The notes under the pieces: model-generated
Database searches by the model: none
What the model was told of the DNA's origin: nothing
Seen by the model: only the letters and a program-made list of their open reading frames with translations
Part shown: positions 23,131 through 35,600 of the stretch, piece by piece
Layout: each line of letters begins with the position of its first letter
How positions within the stretch are numbered: the first letter of the stretch is position 1
Position numbers and translations under genes: made by a program
Assembly (NCBI GenBank): GCA_965655095.1
Contig: OZ296649.1
Coordinates: 96,286,001 to 96,350,000, forward strand
Reading direction: 5' to 3'
Length of the DNA stretch: 64,000 bases
Source: Haplodiscus bocki
Lineage: Eukaryota

Positions 23131-26100
23131 ATGGAATTTGATGCTAACTACCGCGCCAGCGCATCGACAGTTAGATCAAGTCACAGTTACACTAGTACCA
23201 AAACATTACCCGGAAAAAGTTCTTACACTGTTTATCTTCTGGATGGGCAGCCAGTGCAAATACAGATTGAACGAAAATCCTCTGGGCGTGATCTCTTTGA
23301 CGAATGTTGTCTGAGTCTGAGTCCTCCAATTGAGGAAAAAGACTACTTTTCCCTATCTTTTGATGTAATGGAACATGGCAAAGAGGTCAGAACATGGATA
23401 GATTTCACAAAGCCAGTTGCCAAACAAAGAATCAATGCTAGACACAAAGCTTTGGCTATGAATGTGAAATTTTACCCCCCTGATCCGACACAGCTTTTGG
23501 AATTTACACGCTACTTGTTCTATCTGCAGCTAAGAGACGATTTATCTAAAGGCAAAATGCCATGTGCGTTCAAGACGTTAGCGCTTCTGGGGTCTTACGT
23601 CTGCCAGGCTGATGTTGGAAACTACACAGCTGACATGGACTTTGACATTTTGTATTCATTCCCATTTGGACCGGATGAAAACACTCCAGAACTGGTCAAC
23701 AACATTATTGAATTGTGGCAGTCGCATGCTGGACTTTCAACCGCAGAGTCTGAAATGAATTACATCGAGAACGCGAAAAAACTACCTTTGTATGGAACCC
23801 ACCTTCACCCTGCCACTGATTCCGATAACATTGATATCGATATTGGAATAAACTATTCAGGTGTGCTGGTGTTCCGAAATAAGGTCAGAATCAACAGAAT
23901 TGCGTGGCCGATGATTCTAAAGATTTCGTACAAACGCGATTACTTTTACGTGCGAGTGAGGCCTGCAGAAAATGACCGATATGAAAAAACAATTGGCTTT
24001 AAAATGGAAGGCTACAAAGCTGCAAAACGAGTGTGGAAGATTTGCATTGAGCATCATGCGTTCTTCAGATTAGTGCGACCGGACCCTAGATCAAAGAAGT
24101 TGAAATTTGGCTCCAAGCCGAACCTAACGTTCCAAACAGAATACCAAGTGAAGAAAAATGCAACTCTCAAAAGCGATTATCAAACTTTTGATCAATATGA
24201 AACTCTCGGAAGCAACCAAAGTAACAGCCTCACTCGATGCCAACCTCCGAATAATAAAGATGGTTATTTGACAAGAATAGGGTTGTTCATTGAGTATAAA
24301 AATCAACAAGAAGCTCCAAATGTTGAACAGCTTGAGGAACAAAACCAATATCTAAGCGATTATGATCAGAGATTCCCAGAAGAACAACCAGGCATGCGTT
24401 ATCCAGATGAAGACAGAGAGCGTAGACTTCCAGAACGAAAATTAGAATCGAATTTGTCTGCCAGCAAATTTGATCCCAGATATTCACAAGATCTGCACCA
24501 AAATTCAGGTGCGAGATATGACATAGACGTGTCCCAGCCTAATTTCCATGATAGAGAGCTTGATGCTGGCAGAAAATTTGATTCCAGGATCCCTGAAAGA
24601 CAAGAACAAAATGATTATTCGCCAAGGCTTCCTGAAAACAGACAAGAATTTGAATTTGACCCGGAGCGCAGGTTCGAAAATGATAACGGGAAACTCAAAG
24701 TCAACGGAGATTTTGATCCAAGGAGCCCCAAAGGGATCAAAGATTATCAGGGTCAAAATAGACCTATAGAGGGCAGGTTTTCAACCGATGTTAATCCTAA
24801 TTTTGATGCGACTCAAGGTGCTCCGGAGTTTGCGCCTCAAAAAAGTGTGGAAACTAAAGCAGCCAGAATGTCTCTCGGATTCTGGAACAGAGGCAGAAAA
24901 GGCCACGATGAGCAAAAAATATCGTCATCACCTCCGGAAGTACCTCAAGATGTTGAAGTTGAAAATGGAAATTTCGATGTTGGTGTAACTGCGGAAGTTG
25001 ATTTCCATGCCAAGCAACGTAAACCCCTTTTGCCTTTCATGAAGAAACGAGACAAATCTCGGGATAAATCTAAGCCTGAAAAAGAGGAAAAAGAAAAAAA
25101 GTCGATGAAAAAGGGAAAACCTGACCAAAATTACGACTTCGACGTTTCTCCCGAAGTTCCCCCGAGGTCCAATGTTGACGTTGATCCAAGTTTCGATGTT
25201 GAAGAAAATTTGAATAAAGCTCCATTTGAACAAAAATTGAACAGAGCTCCGTTCGAAGAAAATTTTAACAAAGCTCCATTCAAGTCATCTTTCGAAAGAC
25301 TGCAGGAAATGGGGGCAGTACAAGCTTCGTTTCCTAAAATGGATATTCGAGGGGATGTCGAAAGACCGTTGAGAAGTCCTCTACAATTTGAGAAACCCCA
25401 ATTCATGGACGATAGAAGGCAGACTGATTCACCGAACGAAATGGAGTATAACCTTGCAGCTAGACCTGGAGACCGAGACCTTCCAAGAGGCTTCAGATCT
25501 TCCGTACAGGGCCCTGATCCACCTCATCAACCAAACAGAGATTTAGTCCAGGAGCAGCTGAGAGATAGATATGAGAAACAATCAAGTTTAGAGAATGAGC
25601 CACCTGAATTTTCTCGAAATCCGGACAGGCCAGTAGTACCGGCGAAACCGCTGGGGGTTTATTCACGCAATGAACTGACTCCCCGCAACTTCCCAGATCC
25701 TGGAAACGATGGTGAGTTTTCCGGTCGCGTAGCTTTAAATGACGATAGGTTTAATGACCCAAGTAAACGAGAGGATGCTGAATTGAACTTTGAACCGCTA
25801 TCAAAGGTTACTGATCGCCCCAGTCCAGCTATCAAAGCAAACATATCTCAATTTTCTCCGAAAAATGACGAAATTCCTCAACGAAGTAGTCAGTTTGACC
25901 GACTGGTGACAGAGTCTAATTTTTCAGTTCCTCCTAGACCAGCTTACAATGAAGCAAGACGAAACTTCTTTGCTTCCAAGCCTCAAAAGGATGATCGGCA
26001 GCCTGAAGTTACTGTTCCTGTTAGCGAGCTTAACGACAGAATTGAACCGAGAAATCTCACACCTCAATCTGTTAAGAAGCAGCCGCCAGCTCTGGCGCCA

Positions 26101-26652
26101 AAGCCCAAAAGATTGCTAGCTGATCGAAGTTGGATGAACGAACCAACTCCAAATTCGGCCGATAAACCTGATATACCTCCTCAAAAGCCGAACGACTTCA
26201 TGCAGGAACTCAAGAGCCGTTTTAACGACAATATAGCTCCTCCAGATAACAGACTTCCCGGTGAAAGCAGCGAAGATGAAATGATGAATCCGTCTGCTGT
26301 TAACTCGGCTCAAGGTAGTTTGGATTTGCGAAACGCGAATTTGAAGTTTGCTCCTCCTATTCCTGACAAGTCACCATATAACCAGCCTGTTGTTGCCATG
26401 GATACCGAGTTTGAGGTTGGCGAAACTCGCGAAGGAGGCAGATTTCAATACGATAGGTCTACTTGCAGATCTACAAAGAAAGATGAACGCACAGTGCGTG
26501 AGAAGCCCGGCACTGCCGATTTGAGCGATCTCCTCAAGCAGATGTTTCGCAATGGTTCAGGAACCAATTTGACTACTTTCAGTTACAAATCGGAAGAAAA
26601 CTTCAACATGGTGGTAAAAACTACAACCACGAGGGGTACTCCGAGCGAGTAA
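23131..26652 (+). CDS. EPB41: Protein 4.1 / coracle-family FERM-domain protein, 1173 aa, uninterrupted ORF
   Basis: The FERM domain is close to protein 4.1: NVKFYPPDPTQL..TRY..LQLR.D...G.MPC.F.TLALLGSY; ENAKKL..YG..LH; RINR..WP.ILKISYKR; TIGFK...Y.AAK..WK.C.EHH.FFRL. A FERM-adjacent-like FGSK segment follows, then ~830 aa of hydrophilic, P/D/E/R-rich sequence. The symbol denotes the family; orthology was not tested. Confidence 0.93.
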   Translation: MEFDANYRASASTVRSSHSYTSTKTLPGKSSYTVYLLDGQPVQIQIERKSSGRDLFDECCLSLSPPIEEKDYFSLSFDVMEHGKEVRTWIDFTKPVAKQRINARHKALAMNVKFYPPDPTQLLEFTRYLFYLQLRDDLSKGKMPCAFKTLALLGSYVCQADVGNYTADMDFDILYSFPFGPDENTPELVNNIIELWQSHAGLSTAESEMNYIENAKKLPLYGTHLHPATDSDNIDIDIGINYSGVLVFRNKVRINRIAWPMILKISYKRDYFYVRVRPAENDRYEKTIGFKMEGYKAAKRVWKICIEHHAFFRLVRPDPRSKKLKFGSKPNLTFQTEYQVKKNATLKSDYQTFDQYETLGSNQSNSLTRCQPPNNKDGYLTRIGLFIEYKNQQEAPNVEQLEEQNQYLSDYDQRFPEEQPGMRYPDEDRERRLPERKLESNLSASKFDPRYSQDLHQNSGARYDIDVSQPNFHDRELDAGRKFDSRIPERQEQNDYSPRLPENRQEFEFDPERRFENDNGKLKVNGDFDPRSPKGIKDYQGQNRPIEGRFSTDVNPNFDATQGAPEFAPQKSVETKAARMSLGFWNRGRKGHDEQKISSSPPEVPQDVEVENGNFDVGVTAEVDFHAKQRKPLLPFMKKRDKSRDKSKPEKEEKEKKSMKKGKPDQNYDFDVSPEVPPRSNVDVDPSFDVEENLNKAPFEQKLNRAPFEENFNKAPFKSSFERLQEMGAVQASFPKMDIRGDVERPLRSPLQFEKPQFMDDRRQTDSPNEMEYNLAARPGDRDLPRGFRSSVQGPDPPHQPNRDLVQEQLRDRYEKQSSLENEPPEFSRNPDRPVVPAKPLGVYSRNELTPRNFPDPGNDGEFSGRVALNDDRFNDPSKREDAELNFEPLSKVTDRPSPAIKANISQFSPKNDEIPQRSSQFDRLVTESNFSVPPRPAYNEARRNFFASKPQKDDRQPEVTVPVSELNDRIEPRNLTPQSVKKQPPALAPKPKRLLADRSWMNEPTPNSADKPDIPPQKPNDFMQELKSRFNDNIAPPDNRLPGESSEDEMMNPSAVNSAQGSLDLRNANLKFAPPIPDKSPYNQPVVAMDTEFEVGETREGGRFQYDRSTCRSTKKDERTVREKPGTADLSDLLKQMFRNGSGTNLTTFSYKSEENFNMVVKTTTTRGTPSE
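25201..25281 (+). repeat. In-frame 27-bp x3 tandem repeat in the FERM gene
   Basis: Encodes EENLNKAPF / EQKLNRAPF / EENFNKAPF. Confidence 0.9.
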
Positions 26653-29600
26653 TTACAGACTGAGGTGACTTTCCGAATGGTATCATAGACAGGGGTGGTT
26701 GTCAAGCCAGCGCTGAAAGACCACGAATTAATATTTACAAGTGATGACACCGTTGGATGTTCAGAGTTGATTAATCGGGTAGAAATCAGTGTCATATCGT
26801 AGCTATACTTAAATAACGGGGAACTTTTAATGAATACTTTTGTATCAAACCTTGCCTTCTTTCAGTAACTGAAATATTTTTGAAATGATTGATGTCCGCA
26901 TTTGCAAAAGCTCAGAAAAACGAACTCTAGCGTGACAGAATACGTTGTTTGGTTCTTAAAACTTTTTATTTCATGAATTAAGTGGACATGAGTCAATCGC
27001 AGTTGTCCCTGATGTTTTTGGTATGGTCACGGCGTGATTTTAAATCAAAGTTTGCATTTTAAATTTTCTATTATTTACTAATTGCCAATTTCTTAGTTCC
27101 ATTAAATGATCCATTGTAGAATAGCTTGAAAAATTTATCACTTCAATATCATGCCATATCAGTATTGTCCATTCACCAAAGTTTATCAATGTTTTAGTAT
27201 TACCACTTATTCAAGAAACCTAAGCCCAGTCATTATAAATTAAAGTGTTTGATTAACTGACTGCAGAAAATAAATGGACGCCTTTGAAAGTGGGATGCGA
27301 TACTCTTGGGTAGAATCAATTTTTTTTCCTGAATTTCCTTCCATGTTTGCTGTTGAGAGAACTTAGATTCCATGAAAATTCCTTGAAATTTGACTGAGTT
27401 GGGAGAAAATTCGGAAAACATCTTCACACAAACTTTGCACAAAGATTTCAGTATCTTTTACATGTGAAAGGAAGAGACCAGGGTATGTTCCATTTTAGAT
27501 GCATGAATTTAGATGAAATTAACATGTAGCCACGTCAACAAGTAATCAAAGCAGAAATGGTATAGCGTACAATCGAACACCAGAAACAAATTTTTCAGGG
27601 GTGAATTTCTCAGACTACAGTGAGTTTCATGAGAAACGCTATAAATTTTCTTGGATATTCTTCTAGTTTACAAACGGTTTTCTTTGAAAACTGAGTGGCC
27701 ATAATTAAAAAAGTTCAAACTGCGGATGTTTACCCTGACTTACGTTATTTTGCCCTTTTTGGCACAATGTGACTGAAAAGAATGTGTGTTGAAAACCGAC
27801 TTTGGGTTAGTATTTTATCCTGTCCAAAACTTGAATTTTTGACGCTATCGGATTCTCCAGTCAACTAGTGTAAACGGCCAAAAAGGGCCCTTTTCGAAAC
27901 CTTTTTGCTGGTACTTGTTTATTTTCTTGTTCTGAATATACATTTTTTTGAAAATTGGTCTGGAAAATGAACAATAGTTTTCAAAAAAGTCATGTTTTAA
28001 ATAACAATGCTTTTAATATACCGTATGTCCTCAAAAAACGTTTCTTTTTGAGCTCCCAAAATGATTAATATTTGTCAAGAAGACATCGAAAATTTAAAAA
28101 ATTTAGAAGTTATTTTGTGACGTCTTGTTGACTAATATTGGCCATTTTGACAGATTGAAATCTTTACATGTAACGTTTTTTAGGACAACTAGTGTTGTTC
28201 ATTTTTGGCGTTGTTTACTGTGATAAGTTTATTGAACTGTGGTCCACAAAAAGCGAATCGAAGAAGAATTGATTGACATATTAACTTCTCGAGTATCGGA
28301 CATTGTGAAAGGTTCTTGTCTTATTTCGATTTTTTCAAATAACCTTTTGATAGACATCTGGTGTAGTGTTTCTGAAAGTATCAATCGTGTATCCGATTAA
28401 GATTCAAATATCTCTTGGGGTCTTTGATTTGTTCAAGATCTTCGATCTCAATTGACAATCAGAATGTGTTGCGAATCTCCGCTTCTCCTCTGTTTCGAGT
28501 TATACTTTTCAAATTATTTTAGTTTCATGTCTATTAAATATTTCTTTTGATAAAGTTGATTTTTTGACGTGAAATGTTTTCACGAAGTTCTGCCTCATCC
28601 TACAATTTCATCTACATTAGTAAAGAAATGGAACATCGTTTTCAAGGGCCAATATATCCATGGGGGTCATTTGTTTTTGTAATGACTTTAACTTAAGGGG
28701 AAAAATTGGGACAAAAAAATTATAACCACATTTTTTTTGGTTGAAAAATCGTCGCGAATTTTAGAAGTTTGTCAGAAAATTGCCAAAAGTTTTAAAATTT
28801 GTTTGGGAGACCCTTTGGTACAAAAGTCTTCAGTTCAAAGATTTTCGGTATATACTTTTCAAGAAGTTTTTTTAGTATTGCCAAAATTTTGAGGGAGTAA
28901 TGCCAAGTTTATAAAAAGATTTGCCTTCGCAGTTTGTAATAAAAATTCAAGATAAAGTTTTCCAACTCAATTTCTAATTTTCGATAATTTTCAATATTTT
29001 TCCCTGGTAATCTAATCTTTTAGTGCTAGAATTATCGGTGCACAAAATCTCTGTTAAAATTTTGCTGTCCATCTATTATTTGGCAAAAATTTTTGCAATG
29101 CTACTGCGCCTCTGGGGAATAACTATAGGTTTTATCCATATGAATGAAGTTCTCAACTATTACCGAAGCAATTTTTTTATAATGAACAATCACACAACGG
29201 GATTAAGAACTTCTATGTTATTATGCTTCATTTTGTATGGTATCAATGCATTTGTGACTGGAAAAATGGCAATCAACTTTGATGTTACTGTAAAGTGATA
29301 TCCCCAATGGTATCTCCCAAAACCGCTTCGTACCAACAGATCTTAAAATCAGAAATTGCATCGGCTTCTTTCTCCGGTACGCCTTACAGAGCTCAAAACA
29401 AAAAAAGTAAAAACACCCGAAATACCCCAATTTAAAATACCCTCCGTAATAATTATCCTTTGTAAAGTTCAAAAGATTTTCTCGTAACACAGTGGAACTG
29501 GGGATGAGTACTTCTCCAAGACAATTTACAACATGATTGACCGAACGGAAATGAGAGAGAATTGATGAATTCTGAAAATTAAACAGACGAGTTTGCATTG

Positions 29601-32600
29601 ATGATTATCTTGTCCCTTTCTCGTTCAATAGTTGCTTTGAACTTTAATAGTTGCTCGTTCAATAGTTTCAGAAGCTCCGCAGGGTCAGTACTGTACTGCT
29701 TTTGCCAGCATGCCACCTCCGCTGAAGTAGAAGTAGAAAAAAACAAGCCGGGAAAAGCCCAAGGCGGCGGCGGTTAGGCTCTGTTCACAGGAATGGTGAG
29801 CCTTTGATGTTTTTTGAAAGGTGTGAGAAACTTCCAAGGATGTTTGGCACAAAAAAGACGGGTGATCAATACTTTCAATCGAAAAAGATTGCTTCCGACT
29901 GTTGGAAAAGAGGGGACCGTTTGGTGTTTTGATTTGGAAACTTTATCTTTGACCTCAACTGACAAATCAGAATGTGTTGCGAAGTTCTGCTTCACCTACG
30001 TAATGAACTTGTTCCAGATTATCTGAATATTGACAAAAAAATAGCGAAGTCTTTCAGGGAGAGTTTTTTGTAGATTCTATATTTTATCCAATTTTTAATT
30101 TCACCACTTTTTCGTTAATTGTTTCATTCACACGTGAACTGCAATTGAAAGTTATGTGTTTCTGAGATTTTGATTCTACATAGTCAAGAGGGCTTCCTGT
30201 CCTATGGTTCATGGTCGTTTGGTTCCGGATTACGTGTGAATGAAGCCCTTCCGGAAGACCTGTTGAATTTGAAATTTGGAAAGAAAACTTGAATCCTCAG
30301 AAAACCCTTGTATACCATTTCTGCTTTGGTTACTTGTTGACAAAACAGAAAAGAACACCACGACGAGGAAAACAACTGAGAAAAAAAACCGATCAACGCC
30401 CGACTGCATCTCAAAAACTTTATTTCACTATGGAGGGGACAGCTTTTGCCTTGCCTTGTAAAATTGGTTCCACCCCCGAAAGGTTTGAAGTACTCGGGAA
30501 AGTAGAGTTTACTGGCTCTTCGGTTTAATTTTTCATAAATTGATAAGTTGATCAAAATAGTTTAGCTATATCTGCGATGTAAACCATATATCTGAGCGAG
30601 TATTTCCAGACGGAGGTGACGTTCCGAATGCTACCAATGATAGGGGTGGTTTTCAAGCCAGCGCTGAAAGACCACGAATTAATATTTACAAGTGATGACA
30701 CCGTTGGATGTTCAGAGTTGATTAATCGGGTAGAAATCAGTGTCATATCGTAGCTATACTTAAATAACGGGGAACTTTTGATGAATACTTTTGTATCAAA
30801 CCTTGCCTTCTTTCAGTAACTGAAATATTTTTGAAATGATTGATGTCCGCATTTGCAAAAGCTCAGAAAAACGAACTCTAGCGTGACAGAATACGTTGTT
30901 TGGTTCTTAAAACTTTTTATTTCATGAATTAAGTGGACATGAGTCAATCGCAGTTGTCCCTGATGTTTTTGGTATGGTCACGGCGTGATTTTAAATCAAA
31001 GTTTGCATTTTAAATTTTCTATTATTTACTAATTGCCAATTTCTTAGTTCCATTAAATGATCCATTGTAGAATAGCTTGAAAAATTTATCACTTCAATAT
31101 CATGCCATATCAGTATTGTCCATTCACCAAAGTTTATCAATGTTTTAGTATTACCACTTATTCAAGAAACCTAAGCCCAGTCATTATAAATTAAAGTGTT
31201 TGATTAACTGACTGCAGAAAATAAATGGACGCCTTTGAAAGTGGGATGCGATACTCTTGGGTAGAATCAATTTTTTTCCTGAATTTCCTTCCATGTTTGC
31301 TGTTGAGAGAACTTAGATTCCATGAAAATTCCTTGAAATTTGACTGAGTTGGGAGAAAATTCGGAAAACATCTTCACACAAACTTTGCACAAAGATTTCA
31401 GTATCTTTTACATGTGAAAGGAAGAGACCAGGGTATGTTCCATTTTAGATGCATGAATTTAGATGAAATTAACATGTAGCCACGTCAACAAGTAATCAAA
31501 GCAGAAATGGTATAGCGTACAATCGAACACCAGAAACAAATTTTTCAGGGGTGAATTTCTCAGACTACAGTGAGTTTCATGAGAAACGCTATAAATTTTC
31601 TTGGATATTCTTCTAGTTTACAAACGGTTTTCTTTGAAAACTGAGTGGCCATAATTAAAAAAGTTCAAACTGCGGATGTTTACCCTGACTTACGTTATTT
31701 TGCCCTTTTTGGCACAATGTGACTGAAAAGAATGTGTGTTGAAAACCGACTTTGGGTTAGTATTTTATCCTGTCCAAAACTTGAATTTTTGACGCTATCG
31801 GATTCTCCAGTCAACTAGTGTAAACGGCCAAAAAGGGCCCTTTTCGAAACCTTTTTGCTGGTACTTGTTTATTTTCTTGTTCTGAATATACATTTTTTTG
31901 AAAATTGGTCTGGAAAATGAACAATAGTTTTCAAAAAAGTCATGTTTTAAATAACAATGCTTTTAATATACCGTATGTCCTCAAAAAACGTTTCTTTTTG
32001 AGCTCCCAAAATGATTAATATTTGTCAAGAAGACATCGAAAATTTAAAAAATTTAGAAGTTATTTTGTGACGTCTTGTTGACTAATATTGGCCATTTTGA
32101 CAGATTGAAATCTTTACATGTAACGTTTTTTAGGACAACTAGTGTTGTTCATTTTTGGCGTTGTTTACTGTGATAAGTTTATTGAACTGTGGTCCACAAA
32201 AAGCGAATCGAAGAAGAATTGATTGACATATTAACTTCTCGAGTATCGGACATTGTGAAAGGTTCTTGTCTTATTTCGATTTTTTCAAATAACCTTTTGA
32301 TAGACATCTGGTGTAGTGTTTCTGAAAGTATCAATCGTGTATCCGATTAAGATTCAAATATCTCTTGGGGTCTTTGATTTGTTCAAGATCTTCGATCTCA
32401 ATTGACAATCAGAATGTGTTGCGAATCTCCGCTTCTCCTCTGTTTCGAGTTATACTTTTCAAATTATTTTAGTTTCATGTCTATTAAATATTTCTTTTGA
32501 TAAAGTTGATTTTTTGACGTGAAATGTTTTCACGAAGTTCTGCCTCATCCTACAATTTCATCTACATTAGTAAAGAAATGGAACATCGTTTTCAAGGGCC

Positions 32601-35600
32601 AATATATCCATGGGGGTCATTTGTTTTTGTAATGACTTTAACTTAAGGGGAAAAATTGGGACAAAAAAATTATAACCACATTTTTTTTGGTTGAAAAATC
32701 GTCGCGAATTTTAGAAGTTTGTCAGAAAATTGCCAAAAGTTTTAAAATTTGTTTGGGAGACCCTTTGGTACAAAAGTCTTCAGTTCAAAGATTTTCGGTA
32801 TATACTTTTCAAGAAGTTTTTTTAGTATTGCCAAAATTTTGAGGGAGTAATGCCAAGTTTATAAAAAGATTTGCCTTCGCAGTTTGTAATAAAAATTCAA
32901 GGTAAAGTTTTCCAACTCAATTTCTAATTTTCGATAATTTTCAATATTTTTCCCTGGTAATCTAATCTTTTAGTGCTAGAATTATCGGTGCACAAAATCT
33001 CTGTTAAAATTTTGCTGTCCATCTATTATTTGGCAAAAATTTTTGCAATGCTACTGCGCCTCTGGGGAATAACTATAGGTTTTATCCATATGAATGAAGT
33101 TCTCAACTATTACCGAAGCAATTTTTTTATAATGAACAATCACACAACGGGATTAAGAACTTCTATGTTATTATGCTTCATTTTGTATGGTATCAATGCA
33201 TTTGTGACTGGAAAAATGGCAATCAACTTTGATTTTACTGTAAAGTGATATCCCCAATGGTATCTCCCAAAACTGCTTCGTACCAACAGATCTTAAAATC
33301 AGAAATTGCATCGGCTTCTTTCTCCGGTACGCCTTACAGAGCTCAAAACAAAAAAAGTAAAAACACCCGAAATACCCCAATTTAAAATACCCTCCGTAAT
33401 AATTATCCTTTGTAAAGTTCAAAAGATTTTCTCGTAACACAGTGGAACTGGGGATGAGTACTTCTCCAAGACAATTTACAACATGATTGACCGAACGGAA
33501 ATGAGAGAGAATTGATGAATTCTGAAAATTAAACAGACGAGTTTGCATTGATGATTATCTTGTCCCTTTCTCGTTCAATAGTTGCTTTGAACTTTAATAG
33601 TTGCTCGTTCAATAGTTTCAGAAGCTCCGCAGGGTCAGTACTGTACTGCTTTTGCCAGCATGCCACCTCCGCTGAAGTAGAAGTAGAAAAAAACAAGCCG
33701 GGAAAAGCCCAAGGCGGCGGCGCTTAGGCTCTGTTCACAGGAATGGTGAGCCTTTGATGTTTTTTGAAAGGTGTGAGAAACTTCCAAGGATGTTTGGCAC
33801 AAAAAAGACGGGTGATCAATACTTTCAATCGAAAAAGATTGCTTCCGACTGTTGGAAAAGAGGGGACCGTTTGGTGTTTTGATTTGGAAACTTTATCTTT
33901 GACCTCAACTGACAAATCAGAATGTGTTGCGAAGTTCTGCTTCACCTACGTAATGAACTTGTTCCAGATTATCTGAATATTGACAAAAAAATAGCGAAGT
34001 CTTTCAGGGAGAGTTTTTTGTAGATTCTATATTTTCTCCAATTTTTAATTTCACCACTTTTTCGTTAATTGTTTCATTCACACGTGAACTGCAATTGAAA
34101 GTTATGTGTTTCTGAGATTTTGATTCTACATAGTCAAGAGGGCTTCCTGTCCTATGGTTCATGGTCGTTTGGTTCCGGATTACGTGTGAATGAAGCCCTT
34201 CCGGAAGACCTGTTGAATTTGAAATTTGGAAAGAAAACTTGAATCCTCAGAAAACCCTTGTATACCATTTCTGCTTTGGTTACTTGTTGACAAAACAGAA
34301 AAGAACACCACGACGAGGAAAACAACTGAGAAAAAAAACCGATCAACGCCCGACTGCATCTCAAAAACTTTATTTCACTATGGAGGGGACAGCTTTTGCC
34401 TTGCCTTGTAAAATTGGTTCCACCCCCGAAAGGTTTGAAGTACTCGGGAAAGTAGAGTTTACTGGCTCTTCGGTTTAATTTTTCATAAATTGATAAGTTG
34501 ATCAAAATAGTTTAGCTATATCTGCGATGTAAACCATATATCTGAGCGAGTATTTCCAGACGGAGGTGACGTTCCGAATGCTACCAATGATAGGGGTGGT
34601 TTTCAAGCCAGCGCTGAAAGACCACGAATTAATATTTACAAGTGATGACACCGTTGGATGTTCAGAGTTGATTAATCGGGTAGAAATCAGTGTCATATCG
34701 TAGCTATACTTAAATAACGGGGAACTTTTAATGAATACTTTTGTATCAAACCTTGCCTTCTTTCAGTAACTGAAATATTTTTGAAATGATTGATGTCCGC
34801 ATTTGCAAAAGCTCAGAAAAACGAACTCTAGCGTGACAGAATACGTTGTTTGGTTCTTAAAACTTTTTATTTCATGAATTAAGTGGACATGAGTCAATCG
34901 CAGTTGTCCCTGATGTTTTTGGTATGGTCACGGCGTGATTTTAAATCAAAGTTTGCATTTTAAATTTTCTATTATTTACTAATTGCCAATTTCTTAGTTC
35001 CATTAAATGATCCATTGTAGAATAGCTTGAAAAATTTATCACTTCAATATCATGCCATATCAGTATTGTCCATTCACCAAAGTTTATCAATGTTTTAGTA
35101 TTACCACTTATTCAAGAAACCTAAGCCCAGTCATTATAAATTAAAGTGTTTGATTAACTGACTGCAGAAAATAAATGGACGCCTTTGAAAGTGGGATGCG
35201 ATACTCTTGGGTAGAATCAATTTTTTTCCTGAATTTCCTTCCATGTTTGCTGTTGAGAGAACTTAGATTCCATGAAAATTCCTTGAAATTTGACTGAGTT
35301 GGGAGAAAATTCGGAAAACATCTTCACACAAACTTTGCACAAAGATTTCAGTATCTTTTACATGTGAAAGGAAGAGACCAGGGTATGTTCCATTTTAGAT
35401 GCATGAATTTAGATGAAATTAACATGTAGCCACGTCAACAAGTAATCAAAGCAGAAATGGTATAGCGTACAATCGAACACCAGAAACAAATTTTTCAGGG
35501 GTGAATTTCTCAGACTACAGTGAGTTTCATGAGAAACGCTATAAATTTTCTTGGATATTCTTCTAGTTTACAAACGGTTTTCTTTGAAAACTGAGTGGCC

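Noticed and set aside
26650-26690. Stop-codon readthrough of the FERM gene
   Set aside because: The stop is TAA, a poor readthrough codon, and a second in-frame TAG follows 12 codons later.
29023-30746. Recurrent 60-125 aa ORFs inside each 3,950-bp unit as a repeated gene cluster
   Set aside because: They overlap on both strands, often use non-ATG starts and show no recognisable domain. They recur only because the DNA is duplicated.
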